From an uncultured delta proteobacterium (lineage in GTDB: Bacteria > Desulfobacterota > Desulfobaccia > Desulfobaccales > 0-14-0-80-60-11), in assembly GCA_963812015.1 (NCBI GenBank), contig CAWETI010000003.1:320001-384000 (forward strand): DNA of 64,000 nucleotides, in the 5' to 3' direction. This document shows positions 45,161-56,322 of the stretch, one piece after another. The stretch's first letter is position 1. Every line of letters starts with the position of its first letter. The notes under the pieces were generated by a model. The model had not been told where the DNA came from. It saw only the letters and a list, made by a program, of their open reading frames with translations, and searched no databases. A program made the position numbers and the translations under genes.

Positions 45161-47078
45161 AGGTTTCTTCCAGACCGAGCACTTCAAAGACCTGGATAGG
45201 TTCTTTTCGACCCTTGACGACCCGAGTAGCCTGGCCGCCGGTCACCACGCCCGGAGCCGCCTCAATGGTACTCTGGCTGGCGACGATAGTCCAGCCCAAT
45301 TCTTTGGTCAAACCCTCCAGCCGGGAGGCGGTATTGACCGTATCGCCGATGGCCGTGAATTCCAGGCGCTTGGGGGAGCCGATGTTGCCGACAATGGCTT
45401 CACCGGTATGAATGCCGATGCCGATGGCAAAATCGGGAAGTTCTTGATCGGCAAAGCGCTGTTGCATCCAGGCGCGGAAGGCTTGGGCCTTTTGGGCCAG
45501 ACCCAGGGCGGCGCGCAAGGCCCGCCGGGCATGGTCCGGATAAAGCACCGGTGACCCAAAGACCGCCATCACGGCATCCCCGATGAATTTGTCCACCGTG
45601 CCGCCTTGGGTCAAGATCGGCTCACAGGCCTGGGCCAGATAGGTATTGAGCATTTCCACCACGGCCCGGGGGCCCAGGGACTCAGAAATGGTGGTGAAGT
45701 TGCGAATATCCGTAAAAAGGACCGTCACCTGGAAGCTGTCGCCGCCCAGGTCCGGGAGCCTTCCCGAAGCCAGGAGCTTGTCCACCACCTCGTCGGTGAC
45801 GTAGCGGCCGAAAATCTTGCGGATGCGGGCGCGTTCACGCTCCTCCCCGGTGAGCCTGAGGCCCAGGATGCCCACATAGCTCAACACCATGGCCAACTGC
45901 ACGTTGGCCGTGGGGAGGAGCCAATGGTGACGAAACAGGAGATAGGCGAAGGCCGCGACCAGCAGGCACAGGAGCCCGACCGCGGCCAAGCCCCGCCAGG
46001 AAGGCAGGCGGAAAAATAATCCACCCCCGACCAGAAGGGCGGCAATCAGGTAAAAGGCGCGGAGGTAGCCGGGAACCGGGCGGGGGAATTTCCCGGTCAG
46101 GAGGGTTTCCACGATATTGGCGTGGAGTTCCGGCCCGCTCATGTCGCTCCCCTGCCAGGGCCCCAGGCTCAGGGAATAAGGGGTGTAGTGAATATCCTGG
46201 AGGGCCGAAGGTTCATAAGCGATTATGACTACTTTATCTTTCAGTTTCCGAATCTCCGGGTCCTGCTCGGCGTCAGGACGGAGAAACCGGCCGAAGGAAA
46301 GGCGGGGAAAGGTATCCGGCGGCCCCGCAAAACCGATAACGGGAAGAGCCTTGAGGTTGGTGGCGGTGGAGTCACCGGTAGACCAGTTTTTGAGAGCGGG
46401 ATCATGCCGCAGGCGCCGGATGACCTCGACCGGATCCTGCCCGGAGGCCCGGGCCGCCAGAAGTTTGGCAAAGGTAAGCATGACCTGGCCATCAGCATCG
46501 GCCATGGCGGGCACATAGTGGCGCACCACCCCGTCGCCTTCGGTGTAAAAATTCACCAGTCCCACGTCATAAACCCCCCGGGGCAGGGAGGCAAAATAGT
46601 TCGGAAGGGGAAGGGTGAACTTGCTTTTCTGCTGCTGGTCGATGCCCAGGTTGGCGGCCATGATCACTTGACCGGAAGCCAGTTGCCGCTTGAAGGTTTC
46701 ATCATACTTCAGGCCCTGGTGGTGTTGGGGCAAATCAAGCTTTTTGAGCCAGTCTTCGATGCTGACATAATAGAGATAATCCAGCCCGATGATCCTGGCC
46801 CCGACCTGCCGCAGGACTTGCACGACCCGGGCAAAGTGGGGAGTCCAGCTTACCAGCGGTTCGTCCGGGTGCGCCGCCAGGGTCTGATCATCCAGAGACA
46901 CGATAACGACATGCTCCGGCGTATATCTGAGTCCGGCCAACTGATGCCAGAGGTCAGTGTAGATAGTTTCGGGCTTTTCCAGCCAGCCGGCCCAGGTCAG
47001 GCTTTGCACGGCGGCGCCCACCAAGATCAGCAAGATGACCGGATGGAGGAACGACCTTTTGGGGCGGAAGGTTTTCAT
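45159..47078 (-). CDS. CHASE2-domain class III adenylate cyclase
   Basis: CHASE2 (EGDGVVR, MSGPELHAN), 3 TM segments, LFTDIRNFT, DKFIGDAVMA and IGDTVNTASRLE. Confidence 0.92.
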   Translation of the reverse strand: MKTFRPKRSFLHPVILLILVGAAVQSLTWAGWLEKPETIYTDLWHQLAGLRYTPEHVVIVSLDDQTLAAHPDEPLVSWTPHFARVVQVLRQVGARIIGLDYLYYVSIEDWLKKLDLPQHHQGLKYDETFKRQLASGQVIMAANLGIDQQQKSKFTLPLPNYFASLPRGVYDVGLVNFYTEGDGVVRHYVPAMADADGQVMLTFAKLLAARASGQDPVEVIRRLRHDPALKNWSTGDSTATNLKALPVIGFAGPPDTFPRLSFGRFLRPDAEQDPEIRKLKDKVVIIAYEPSALQDIHYTPYSLSLGPWQGSDMSGPELHANIVETLLTGKFPRPVPGYLRAFYLIAALLVGGGLFFRLPSWRGLAAVGLLCLLVAAFAYLLFRHHWLLPTANVQLAMVLSYVGILGLRLTGEERERARIRKIFGRYVTDEVVDKLLASGRLPDLGGDSFQVTVLFTDIRNFTTISESLGPRAVVEMLNTYLAQACEPILTQGGTVDKFIGDAVMAVFGSPVLYPDHARRALRAALGLAQKAQAFRAWMQQRFADQELPDFAIGIGIHTGEAIVGNIGSPKRLEFTAIGDTVNTASRLEGLTKELGWTIVASQSTIEAAPGVVTGGQATRVVKGRKEPIQVFEVLGLEET

Positions 47079-47467
47079 GGGCTTAGGGGGATAGGTCGGT
47101 AAAAGATGACCACCTCATTAAATGGATCCAGCCAGGTGCGAACTTTCTTAAGAAAAAGAGGGCCAGGTTGGTCTGCAATCAAGAAACTTGCGGCATAATT
47201 TCACTTTTTGCCATTGTAGACCGATTACGGATAAAATTCACGCTCGCAGTTGATTGATTTAGTGATAAGAAGGGGGGGACCGGCAGGGGGCCGCCCCCGG
47301 TGGGGCAACGCCCGGGGCCCCTGCGTTGACCCCTTGATATTTCTGACTATTTTCCGCCGTTCAGGTTAACGGACTCTACCGGGGCGGGTCTAAATCTATC
47401 GAGAGCTTCGTTTGGCAGTGGCCGGATGGAGAATCTTATCAAACTTTGCCGTCGGAGGGAGCAGTCC

Positions 47468-49855
47468 ATGGTCAAGTCGTTCCGCACCCTTGGCGCCGTG
47501 CTGGCTCTATTGGTGAGCGGTTTGTTAACCACGGCCTTTGTCCCCGGAGAAAAAGCCGGAGATTACGGTCCATCAGGCGGGGCGGACAAGACCCTGGCGC
47601 CATACTTCGTGGTGCTGAGCGACGACCCGAAAGTGGATGCCTTACCCCTCAAAAGCACCCGGGCCGACGTGAAGATCGCCGGAGTGGTGGCCGAGGTCAA
47701 GATAACCCAAGTCTATCGCAATACCGGCAAGAAGACTTTGGAGGCCATCTATGTCTTCCCGGGGTCTACCCGGGCGGCGGTTAACGCCATGCGCATGACC
47801 ATCGGGGACCGGGTGGTGGACGCCAAGATCATGGAGCGAGAAAAGGCCAGGGAAACCTACGAGCAGGCGAAAAAGGAGGGGAAGACCACCTCCCTCCTGG
47901 AACAGCAGCGGCCCAACGTTTTTCAGATGAACGTGGCCAATATCCTGCCCGGAGATGAGATCAAGGTGGAGCTCAAGTATATGGAACTTCTGACCCCGGA
48001 AGACCATATCTATGAGTTCGTCTACCCGACGGTGGTGGGGCCCCGGTACACGACCAAGACGGCGGAAGGGGCAGTGGATACCGACAAGTGGGTGCAGAAC
48101 CCCTACCTGCATGAGGGGCAGGCCCCGCCCTATACCTTCGGCCTTGCGGTTGAACTCTCGAGCGGGGTGCCCATCGCCAGCGTGACCAGCCCCAGCCATG
48201 AGGTGGAGATCAAATACGCCGGGAAGACTTCGGCCCAGATAAAACTCAAAAACGAGGAGACCGGGGGCAACAAAGACTTTGTGCTGCGATACGCCCTGGC
48301 GGGGGGCAAGATCGAAACGGGCCTATTGCTCTATCCCGGCCAGGAGGAAAACTTTTTCATGCTGATGATGGAGCCGCCGGCCCGGGTCAAAGCCGACGCG
48401 GTCTTGCCCCGGGAGTATATTTTCATCGTCGATATCTCCGGCTCCATGTACGGTTTCCCCCTGGACACCGCCAAGGCCCTGATGCAAAATATTATCAAAG
48501 ACCTGAAACCCCAGGATTTTATGAACGTGGTGCTGTTTGCCAGCGGTTCGTCAACGCTGTCTCCGGCCGGGTCTTTGCCGGCCAATGAGGCCAACAAACA
48601 AAAGGCCCTGGCCTTTATCCATTCCCGGCCCGGGGGCGGCGGCACCAATATCGTGCCGGCCTTGGATCAGGCGCTGGGGCTCCCCCGGACCGAGGGGGTC
48701 TCCCGGATCGTGGCGGTGGCGACCGACGGCTACGTGGATGTGGAACCCCGGGTCTTTCAGTTGATCCGGGACCACCTGGGGGCCGCCAATCTTTTTGCCT
48801 TCGGCATCGGCACCTCGGTGAACCGGCACCTCATTGAGGGGATGGCCCGGGCCGGCATGGGAGAGACTTTTGTGGTGCTCAACGCCGGCGAGGCGGCCAA
48901 ACAGGCGGCGAGATTTCGCCAGTACATCGCCAACCCGGTGCTCACGGACATCAAGGTTGCCTATGAGGGCTTCTCGACCTACGAGGTGGAACCCGTGGCC
49001 GTGCCCGACCTCTTTGCCATGAGACCCCTCACCATCCTGGGGAAATACCGGGGCAACCCCACGGGAGCCATCGTGGTGAAGGGCAAAACGGCCCAGGGTC
49101 CCTATGAGCACCGCATCAAACTGGAAGAGGCCCGGGCCGGCTCCGAGAACGCGGCGCTGCGGCTGCTCTGGGCCCGGCAACGGATCATGAACCTGGTGGA
49201 TTTCAGCCAGTTTGACCGGGGTAACCAGGAGGTGGTGAAGGAGGTTACCGCGCTGGGACTCAAATATAGTCTCATGACTCCTTACACCTCATTCGTGGCG
49301 GTGGACCAAGTCAAGCGGGCCGACGGCCAGGTGGTCACGGTGAAGCAGCCCTTGCCCCTGCCGGAAGGGGTTTCGGACCTGGCCGTGGGGGGCGGGGTGT
49401 CAAAGATGGCCATGATGCCCGCGTCGCCATCTAGCCCAGGGCTCGCAGATGAGAGGCTGGGATATATGGGCGGGGGGCGGAAGGCAAAAGTCGGTCCCCA
49501 TGGCGGAGGGTCGACCGCGGCGGAGCCTGGAGTTTCGGTTACGGTCAAGGACGTCCAGGTCAAGGGCGGCCTGACCCCGGCCGCGGTGCAAAAGGCCCTG
49601 GAAGACGAGTTGGCGAAGCTGACGCAATGCTGTCAAGACGCCGCCAAAGCCGGTTTGAAGCTGCCAGCGGAGATTACGGTGACCTTTACCATCGGCACTG
49701 ACGGGAAAATTACCGAAGAGCCCAAGGTTACCCTGGCGGCACCGCAGAAGAGCCTGGAAAAATGTCTGGCGACGGCCCTTCAAGGGATACAGTTTCCTCA
49801 GCCCCAGCCGGCGGCCGTGCCGGTGACCGTAACCCTTAGCCTGACCGGGAAATAA
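47468..49855 (+). CDS. Exported VIT + vWA protein with a C-terminal TonB-C/AgmX-like domain
   Basis: VIT (LEAIYVFP, LLEQQRPNVF), vWA MIDAS DISGSM…TDG, YSLMTPYTSFVAVD. Confidence 0.85.
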   Translation: MVKSFRTLGAVLALLVSGLLTTAFVPGEKAGDYGPSGGADKTLAPYFVVLSDDPKVDALPLKSTRADVKIAGVVAEVKITQVYRNTGKKTLEAIYVFPGSTRAAVNAMRMTIGDRVVDAKIMEREKARETYEQAKKEGKTTSLLEQQRPNVFQMNVANILPGDEIKVELKYMELLTPEDHIYEFVYPTVVGPRYTTKTAEGAVDTDKWVQNPYLHEGQAPPYTFGLAVELSSGVPIASVTSPSHEVEIKYAGKTSAQIKLKNEETGGNKDFVLRYALAGGKIETGLLLYPGQEENFFMLMMEPPARVKADAVLPREYIFIVDISGSMYGFPLDTAKALMQNIIKDLKPQDFMNVVLFASGSSTLSPAGSLPANEANKQKALAFIHSRPGGGGTNIVPALDQALGLPRTEGVSRIVAVATDGYVDVEPRVFQLIRDHLGAANLFAFGIGTSVNRHLIEGMARAGMGETFVVLNAGEAAKQAARFRQYIANPVLTDIKVAYEGFSTYEVEPVAVPDLFAMRPLTILGKYRGNPTGAIVVKGKTAQGPYEHRIKLEEARAGSENAALRLLWARQRIMNLVDFSQFDRGNQEVVKEVTALGLKYSLMTPYTSFVAVDQVKRADGQVVTVKQPLPLPEGVSDLAVGGGVSKMAMMPASPSSPGLADERLGYMGGGRKAKVGPHGGGSTAAEPGVSVTVKDVQVKGGLTPAAVQKALEDELAKLTQCCQDAAKAGLKLPAEITVTFTIGTDGKITEEPKVTLAAPQKSLEKCLATALQGIQFPQPQPAAVPVTVTLSLTGK

Positions 49856-49927
49856 CGGCAATTTTCATTTTTCATTTTTTTCATAAAGAACCAGGACCCG
49901 GGGCAGGGAGATTCCCCGGGTCCTGCC

Positions 49928-50644
49928 TCAGGGCAGCGTCCGCACCAGTTTTCCCCCCTTTAACAGGATCAGGGAAGGTTCATCCATGAGGGCCACCCGG
50001 GTTTTGCCCTGGCGGTCAAACAAGCCCAGGGCGGCCTTCTTATCATCCTTCAACCCCAGAACCAGCCGGGTAGCGCCATCTTTGCCATACAGATTGAGAC
50101 TTCGATCCCCGTTCTTTTTGCCGATCAGATCCAGGGCGGGTTTCTGGCCGGCCCCGTAAAAGATGAGATGCGGGTCGTCCTGGTGGTTCAGTCCCAGGGT
50201 GATGATCCGGTTGCCTTGATCGTAGAGGTTGACGGCCGGATCGCCGTTTTTCTGCACCTCGAGCCCCAGTCGCAGTTTTCCCTGATGGAATAAAGCAATA
50301 CTCCGAGAACCCTGGGGGGTGCTCTGGATCACCACGGCTCCCTGGCCCTGGTCGCCGCCCAGATCAAGGCGGGCCCCCCCCTGGGGGTCGGCGGCGAGGC
50401 TCACCTGGGGCGCGGCGGCGTCCGGGGAAAAGAGGGCCAGCCGGGCTAATCCCTGGTCATCGACGCTTAGGCGGCCGCGTTGGCGGCCGGCCTGATCCAC
50501 GAGCTGAAAGTGTTCGGCCCGCAAGACCGCGGGGGCCTGGGAAACCTGGGGCGTGGCGAGGCGGCCTCCCAGGAAACCGGCCAGGAGGCCCACTGCCGCC
50601 GAGATTATCCCGGAGATCAGGATCAGACGATACTGACGTTCCAT
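49928..50644 (-). CDS. Hypothetical membrane-anchored beta-repeat protein
   Basis: N-terminal TM; LRAEHFQLVDQAGRQR followed by about 7 L.L.D..G..R..L repeats. Confidence 0.65.
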   Translation of the reverse strand: MERQYRLILISGIISAAVGLLAGFLGGRLATPQVSQAPAVLRAEHFQLVDQAGRQRGRLSVDDQGLARLALFSPDAAAPQVSLAADPQGGARLDLGGDQGQGAVVIQSTPQGSRSIALFHQGKLRLGLEVQKNGDPAVNLYDQGNRIITLGLNHQDDPHLIFYGAGQKPALDLIGKKNGDRSLNLYGKDGATRLVLGLKDDKKAALGLFDRQGKTRVALMDEPSLILLKGGKLVRTLP

Positions 50645-50680
50645 GATGCTCCTCCCTGCAAAATTAGCCAGGCGACCTGA

Positions 50681-50920
50681 TCACGGCAGAGCCACCAGGG
50701 GAGCGTGGGTCCCACGGTAGGGCCGGCCGTTGATCCGGTCGATGACGATGTGGGTGGCCAGGAAATTCGCCGGGTCCACCCGTCCCTGGATGGTGACGGC
50801 CCGGATCTTGGGGCCGGTGTCGGGGTCGAGGACGGCGCGGCGGGCCTGGGCGAGGCCGGAGAAGGCGAGGAAGATGGCGGTCACCAGGCACAGCAGGCCG
50901 GAAAACTTCCTGAAGGTCAC
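50681..50920 (-). CDS. Small exported hypothetical protein
   Basis: AGGAGG RBS before GTG; signal peptide ending AQA. Confidence 0.55.
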   Translation of the reverse strand: MTFRKFSGLLCLVTAIFLAFSGLAQARRAVLDPDTGPKIRAVTIQGRVDPANFLATHIVIDRINGRPYRGTHAPLVALP

Positions 50921-51146
50921 GGGAACCTCCTGGGAGGCAATTTAGGCAAAGTCAATATACCTTAGCAATCCCGGCGGAAAAATTCAATGGGCCGGGGGGT
51001 CGTGGGGATGGTTTGGTCTATGCCGCTGATCCGGATAAGGAAATCAGGAATAGTGCGTCAGGCGGGTTTTTTTTATTGACCAAGCCAGAGAGGAGCTGAC
51101 CGATGATCGTGATCCACATCCTCACCTTGGCTCAAGAGATCGGCTC

Positions 51147-51437
51147 CGGGGCACCCTGATCCATGATTATTCCACCGACGCCAACGGCCTCATCAGCCGG
51201 GCCAACATCATTGTGGGCACCACCCACAACGTGGCCCCCATGAACATGAGCATCCGGCAGGTGGCGGACCAGGTCATCCAAAAGGGCGTGGTCACCGAGG
51301 AGGGCTTGAATAAGGTGGAGATGGCGGTGCGGGCCTACGACCCGTGACTGAGCTGCGCCACCCACCGCCTGGATGGCGGCCGCACCGTAGAGATCGAGAT
51401 TTATGACGCCCGGGGGGAGTTGATCACCAGGGCTTAG
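51147..51437 (+). pseudogene. C-terminal remnant of a [NiFeSe]-hydrogenase large subunit (MvhA/VhuA-like)
   Basis: RGTLIHDY…VGTTHN…LNKVEMAVRAYDP(TGA)LSCATH plus maturation tail; TGA at 51345-51347; no in-frame start upstream. Confidence 0.85.
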
Positions 51438-51536
51438 CGGAAGCTGTGCATAGCTGAGGGAGGGGGAGGGGCTTTTCCGCTTTTCGGAAGTGTGACCCCT
51501 CACCCCCCCTCACCCTGACCCTTGTATGTTAAAGGG

Positions 51537-52692
<1,156 letters not shown>

Positions 52693-52794
52693 CATCTAAC
52701 ACAGTCGCTCTCCCCCCGCTGGGGGGAGAGGGGAAAAGGAAGGAACCTTTGGCGAGGGTCACTTACAAAAATCCCCCGCCCGCCTCGCATTTTT

Positions 52795-53118
52795 CTATTC
52801 CCTCACCAGGGGAAACCCTGCCTCTTGCCAGGCGGCCACCCCTCCTCGGAGGGCCTTGGCGTTGGGGTATCCCGCCTGGATCAACATGGCCGCCTGACCG
52901 GCGGCGGAGCCTTCATTGGGTCAGGCGCAATAGAACACGACTTCCCGGTCTTTGGGTAGGGCGGGCAGGAGGGATTTGAACTCCCTTAAAGAGAGGGCGC
53001 CCTCCAGGTGGACCTGCCGGAACCTGTCGTCGCTATCATAGGCACAGACCAGAAGGGTTTCTCCTGACCGCACCTTGGGATATATCTCCTTCGGGGTGAT
53101 GCGGAGCGGTTCGTTCAT
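52795..53118 (-). CDS. Selenocysteine-containing rhodanese-domain protein, 107 aa
   Basis: Reading through TGA (52921-52923) gives VVFYCAUPNEGSAAGQAAML…AKALRGGVAAWQEAGFP, completing the fold; SECIS-like hairpin follows; AGGAG RBS. Confidence 0.88.
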
Positions 53119-53256
53119 GAGCTTTCTCCTTGGGAGCCGATTTAACGGCACGGCTTCATGGATAAAGCTAAGGAGAAAAGTCCGGAAATCAAGTCAGCGC
53201 CCGGGGGGCCAGGGCAGTGGCGCCCTCTGGAGCTCTCCGCCAGGAGCAGATGCAGT

Positions 53257-53718
53257 CTAGTCCAAGGCGGAGCCCGGGGCTAACTCCGAGGTGCAGTGGG
53301 GGCAGCGGGTGGCCTTGAGGGGGACCTCGGACAGGCAATAGGGGCACTCCCGGGTGGCGGCCGACGGTGCTTCCTTGGCCCGCTGCAATCGGTTGATCCC
53401 CCGGATCAGGAAAAACACCGCAAAGGCGACGATGACGAAACTGACGATGGTATTGATGAACACCCCGAGGTTGAGGGTGACCGCGCCGGCGGCCTGGGCC
53501 GCAGTCAGGGAGGCATAGGGACCCTCAACTTTGCCGGCCTTGAGGAGCAGGAAGAGGTTGGAGAAATCGACGTTCCCCAGGAGCAGGCCGATGGGCGGCA
53601 TGATGACGTCGGCTACCAGGGACTTGATCACGGCCCCGAAGGCTGCCCCGATGACGATGCCCACGGCCATGTCCACCACGTTGCCCCGCATGGCGAATTC
53701 CTTGAAATCTTTTAACAT
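53257..53718 (-). CDS. mscL: Large-conductance mechanosensitive channel with a C-terminal zinc ribbon
   Basis: [23 protein letters not shown]; tail CPYC…RCPHCTS. Confidence 0.93.
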   Translation of the reverse strand: MLKDFKEFAMRGNVVDMAVGIVIGAAFGAVIKSLVADVIMPPIGLLLGNVDFSNLFLLLKAGKVEGPYASLTAAQAAGAVTLNLGVFINTIVSFVIVAFAVFFLIRGINRLQRAKEAPSAATRECPYCLSEVPLKATRCPHCTSELAPGSALD

Positions 53719-54125
53719 ATCACCCTCCTGTAGTGAGAAACTCCCCTTTAAAACTGCGTGGTTAAGGTGCTTTCCCGAAGGTTTAGGTATTGAATCATTT
53801 TTGCAGCATGAATTAAACAAAAATTTCCTTGTTCCTGAGTGCTCTCCGGGGGGCGGGCATTGCGGCCCCTCTTGATCCAGCCAGCCCTATGGTCGGGGGC
53901 CACCTGGGCGGGTCTGAAATTTTTGACCCCAATCTCCGGCAGACCGGCTAGCGGGAAAAAAATGGAGGGCAGGCCCTTGCTTTTCCTATGAGAGTAACTA
54001 TTACTAAAAAGTAAGAATTATCTAACAAATTAAACCGCCGCTGGGCGGGGCCAGCCGGGCCAAGGCCCGGAGTGGATATCTTGACGGGAAAAATCCCGCC
54101 AATCAAAGGGCAAAGGAGATTGAGC

Positions 54126-54290
54126 ATGGGAAGCTGTAGCTGTGGTTGCAAATCAAAAGCTGAAAAAAAGGATAACCCCGGGGTCGAAAAGAAGGGGTAT
54201 ATCTGTTATCAATGCAACACCTTCAAAGAGGCGTCGCCTGAGGCGCCGGCGCCGGAATGTTGTGGCAAAAAGATGCAGGAGATGGGTTAA
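54126..54290 (+). CDS. Small Cys-rich metal-binding protein, 54 aa
   Basis: MGSCSCGC…YICYQC…PECCGKKM; AGGAG RBS. Confidence 0.7.
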   Translation: MGSCSCGCKSKAEKKDNPGVEKKGYICYQCNTFKEASPEAPAPECCGKKMQEMG

Positions 54291-54474
54291 CCCTTCCGAG
54301 AGCCGGCATGACCTGCCGGCCTGGTAGTGGTTCTGCCAAAGTCTGAAATTGAGGGGATAGGGGTTGTACGGGCCCTATCCCCTGCTCGTCACACCCGTTG
54401 ACGGTGGAGAGCTTTCGGGATGACGTCAGAAATGATAAAATATTTGTGGAAGTGTATCAGCGACGGAGGATGAG

Positions 54475-54696
54475 ATGTCCAAACCTGAAGAAATGTGGCA
54501 GTGTCAGATGACCAACTGCGGCTATATCTATGACCCGGCCCACGGGGACAAGAAAGGCAAGATCCCCAAGGGGACCCGGTTCGAGGACCTGCCGGACGAC
54601 TGGAAGTGTCCGTGCTGCGGAGCAAGTAAAGCTATGTTCAAGCCGCTGGCCGGGCCGGGTTCGGTGGCGGCAGAGCCGGTCAAGTGCGCCAAGTAA
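54475..54696 (+). CDS. Rubredoxin
   Basis: [14 protein letters not shown]…[17 protein letters not shown]. Confidence 0.92.
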   Translation: MSKPEEMWQCQMTNCGYIYDPAHGDKKGKIPKGTRFEDLPDDWKCPCCGASKAMFKPLAGPGSVAAEPVKCAK

Positions 54697-54868
54697 CCGG
54701 CGACAGAACCGGGTCCGGGCCAGGGATCGATATGGGCAGCCCCCCAACTGATTCTCCCCAGGCCCATAATACGGTGTTCAATTTTCGGTAAAAATACCTA
54801 AGCAGTGTCAATAACAAGTTAAGCGGGTTGGATTTAAAAGGGAAAATAGTATACAGGAGGCCAAGGCC

Positions 54869-55042
54869 ATGACTACCCCGGAAGAAAAAATCTATTGGAA
54901 GTGTACCAAATGCGGCTTCACCCTGGCGGAGAGCAAACCCCCGGAGGTCTGCCCGGAGTGCAAGGAGACCTGTGAATTCAAGAATGTGACCTGCTATTTG
55001 CCGGAATGCGGTGGGATCGGAAATATGGATCCTCGACTGTAG
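54869..55042 (+). CDS. Rubredoxin-like small protein, 57 aa (absent from ORF track)
   Basis: MTTPEEKIYWKCTKCGFTL…PPEVCPECKETCEFKNVTCYLPECGG..MDPRL; AGGAGG RBS. Confidence 0.8.
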   Translation: MTTPEEKIYWKCTKCGFTLAESKPPEVCPECKETCEFKNVTCYLPECGGIGNMDPRL

Positions 55043-55340
55043 AGGGGTCGCAGTGAATCGGTGAGGCAATCTTCCCCGGCGGGGAGTCCCGGCGTCGGGT
55101 TGTTTTTAGGGGCGCGGTCTCGGCCGCGGGCAAGCCCGGCGGTTGGAGGGCGAGCGCCATTGACCGCATTTTTACCCCAACCCCCGGGGAGCCAGCCCCG
55201 GCGCTGGCCACCGGCTGACTTCCAAGGCTCGCCCCCCTTTATACCAGTTTCCCCTTAAAAAACGACATATTGTCGGGGCGGAGCCGATTGTCCGCCCGGG
55301 GTGAGCGCACCCAAGGGTGCGCCCCGACGGGAAAAAGGTA

Positions 55341-55844
55341 TTAAAGGAGCGATTTAACCATCTTTTCGAATTCCTCCTTGCTCCGGGCCCCCAGGATTTT
55401 GTGGACAATGTTGCCCTGCCGATCAATGATGAAGGTCATGGGCACCAGCTCGACGCCGCCGTAGGCTTTGCTCACCGCGTCATTGCCTTCCAGCACCGGA
55501 TAAGCCAGGCCCAACTGGGAAACGAGTTGCTTGAGCTGCTCGGGGGTGGAGGACAGGGCAATCCCCAGGGTCTGGAAGCCTTTCCCCCGGAGTTCCTGGT
55601 TCATCTGGTTCAGATGGGGCATCTCCTGCCGGCACGGACCGCAAAAAAAGGTGAAAAAGTTGAGCAACACCACCTTGCCCTTGAACTGGCTCAGGCTGTA
55701 GTTATTGCCATCCTGGACGGATTTCAAAGTAAAGTCAGGGGCGCTGCCGGCGGCCCACCCCGAGGTGGCCGCAGTCACGAGGAAGAGAACCGCAATCAGC
55801 ATTAACAAGGATCTCGCCGGACCCACCGTGGTCTTCGTCTTCAT
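55341..55844 (-). CDS. TlpA/ResA-like thiol-disulfide oxidoreductase
   Basis: Signal peptide, APDFTL and VVLLNFFTFFCGPCRQEMPHL. Confidence 0.88.
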   Translation of the reverse strand: MKTKTTVGPARSLLMLIAVLFLVTAATSGWAAGSAPDFTLKSVQDGNNYSLSQFKGKVVLLNFFTFFCGPCRQEMPHLNQMNQELRGKGFQTLGIALSSTPEQLKQLVSQLGLAYPVLEGNDAVSKAYGGVELVPMTFIIDRQGNIVHKILGARSKEEFEKMVKSLL

Positions 55845-56322
55845 GCATATCTCCTTGGTTTGGAATGGTCTCAAGTTTTCTTTAATCCCTGATAATATAT
55901 ATCCGAAAAAACGCCGCGCCACTACGCCACCGGGTGATTATTTTTAGGCAGGGGTGGCCTTGATTATGCTCCAGGGTCATGCAGTAGGGCCTTAACCTGG
56001 TTACCGGGTGATACTGACTGGCGCTCATAGTAGTAAGAAAATCCTGATATGTCAGAGCACGTTGCCGTCAAACAAGTAATAATCAGCATTGTAGGGGCGG
56101 TTCGCGAACCGCCCCTACAGGGGTTGCTATCATAAAGTCATCATTACCTTTTTGACGGCAACTTGGTATCAGGGGCTCAGCTGCGTGTCCGTCTAAAAAC
56201 GAGGGCGGACACATGGGTCCGCCCCTACAAGAAATAACTTGCCGCAATGAGCGCAACCTGGCATGAGTTGCCGCCCTCAGGGAGGAGGGGGCAGCGGGAA
56301 GGGGCCTCAGCGGGCCTGAGGA

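Noticed and set aside
49928..50920. TGA read-through fusing the 79-aa ORF to the in-frame downstream gene
   Set aside because: No Cys/Sec context, and the downstream gene has its own GGAGG RBS and N-terminal TM segment
55341..55844. Selenocysteine in TlpA (also checked tpx)
   Set aside because: Active-site residues are ordinary Cys codons with no in-frame TGA
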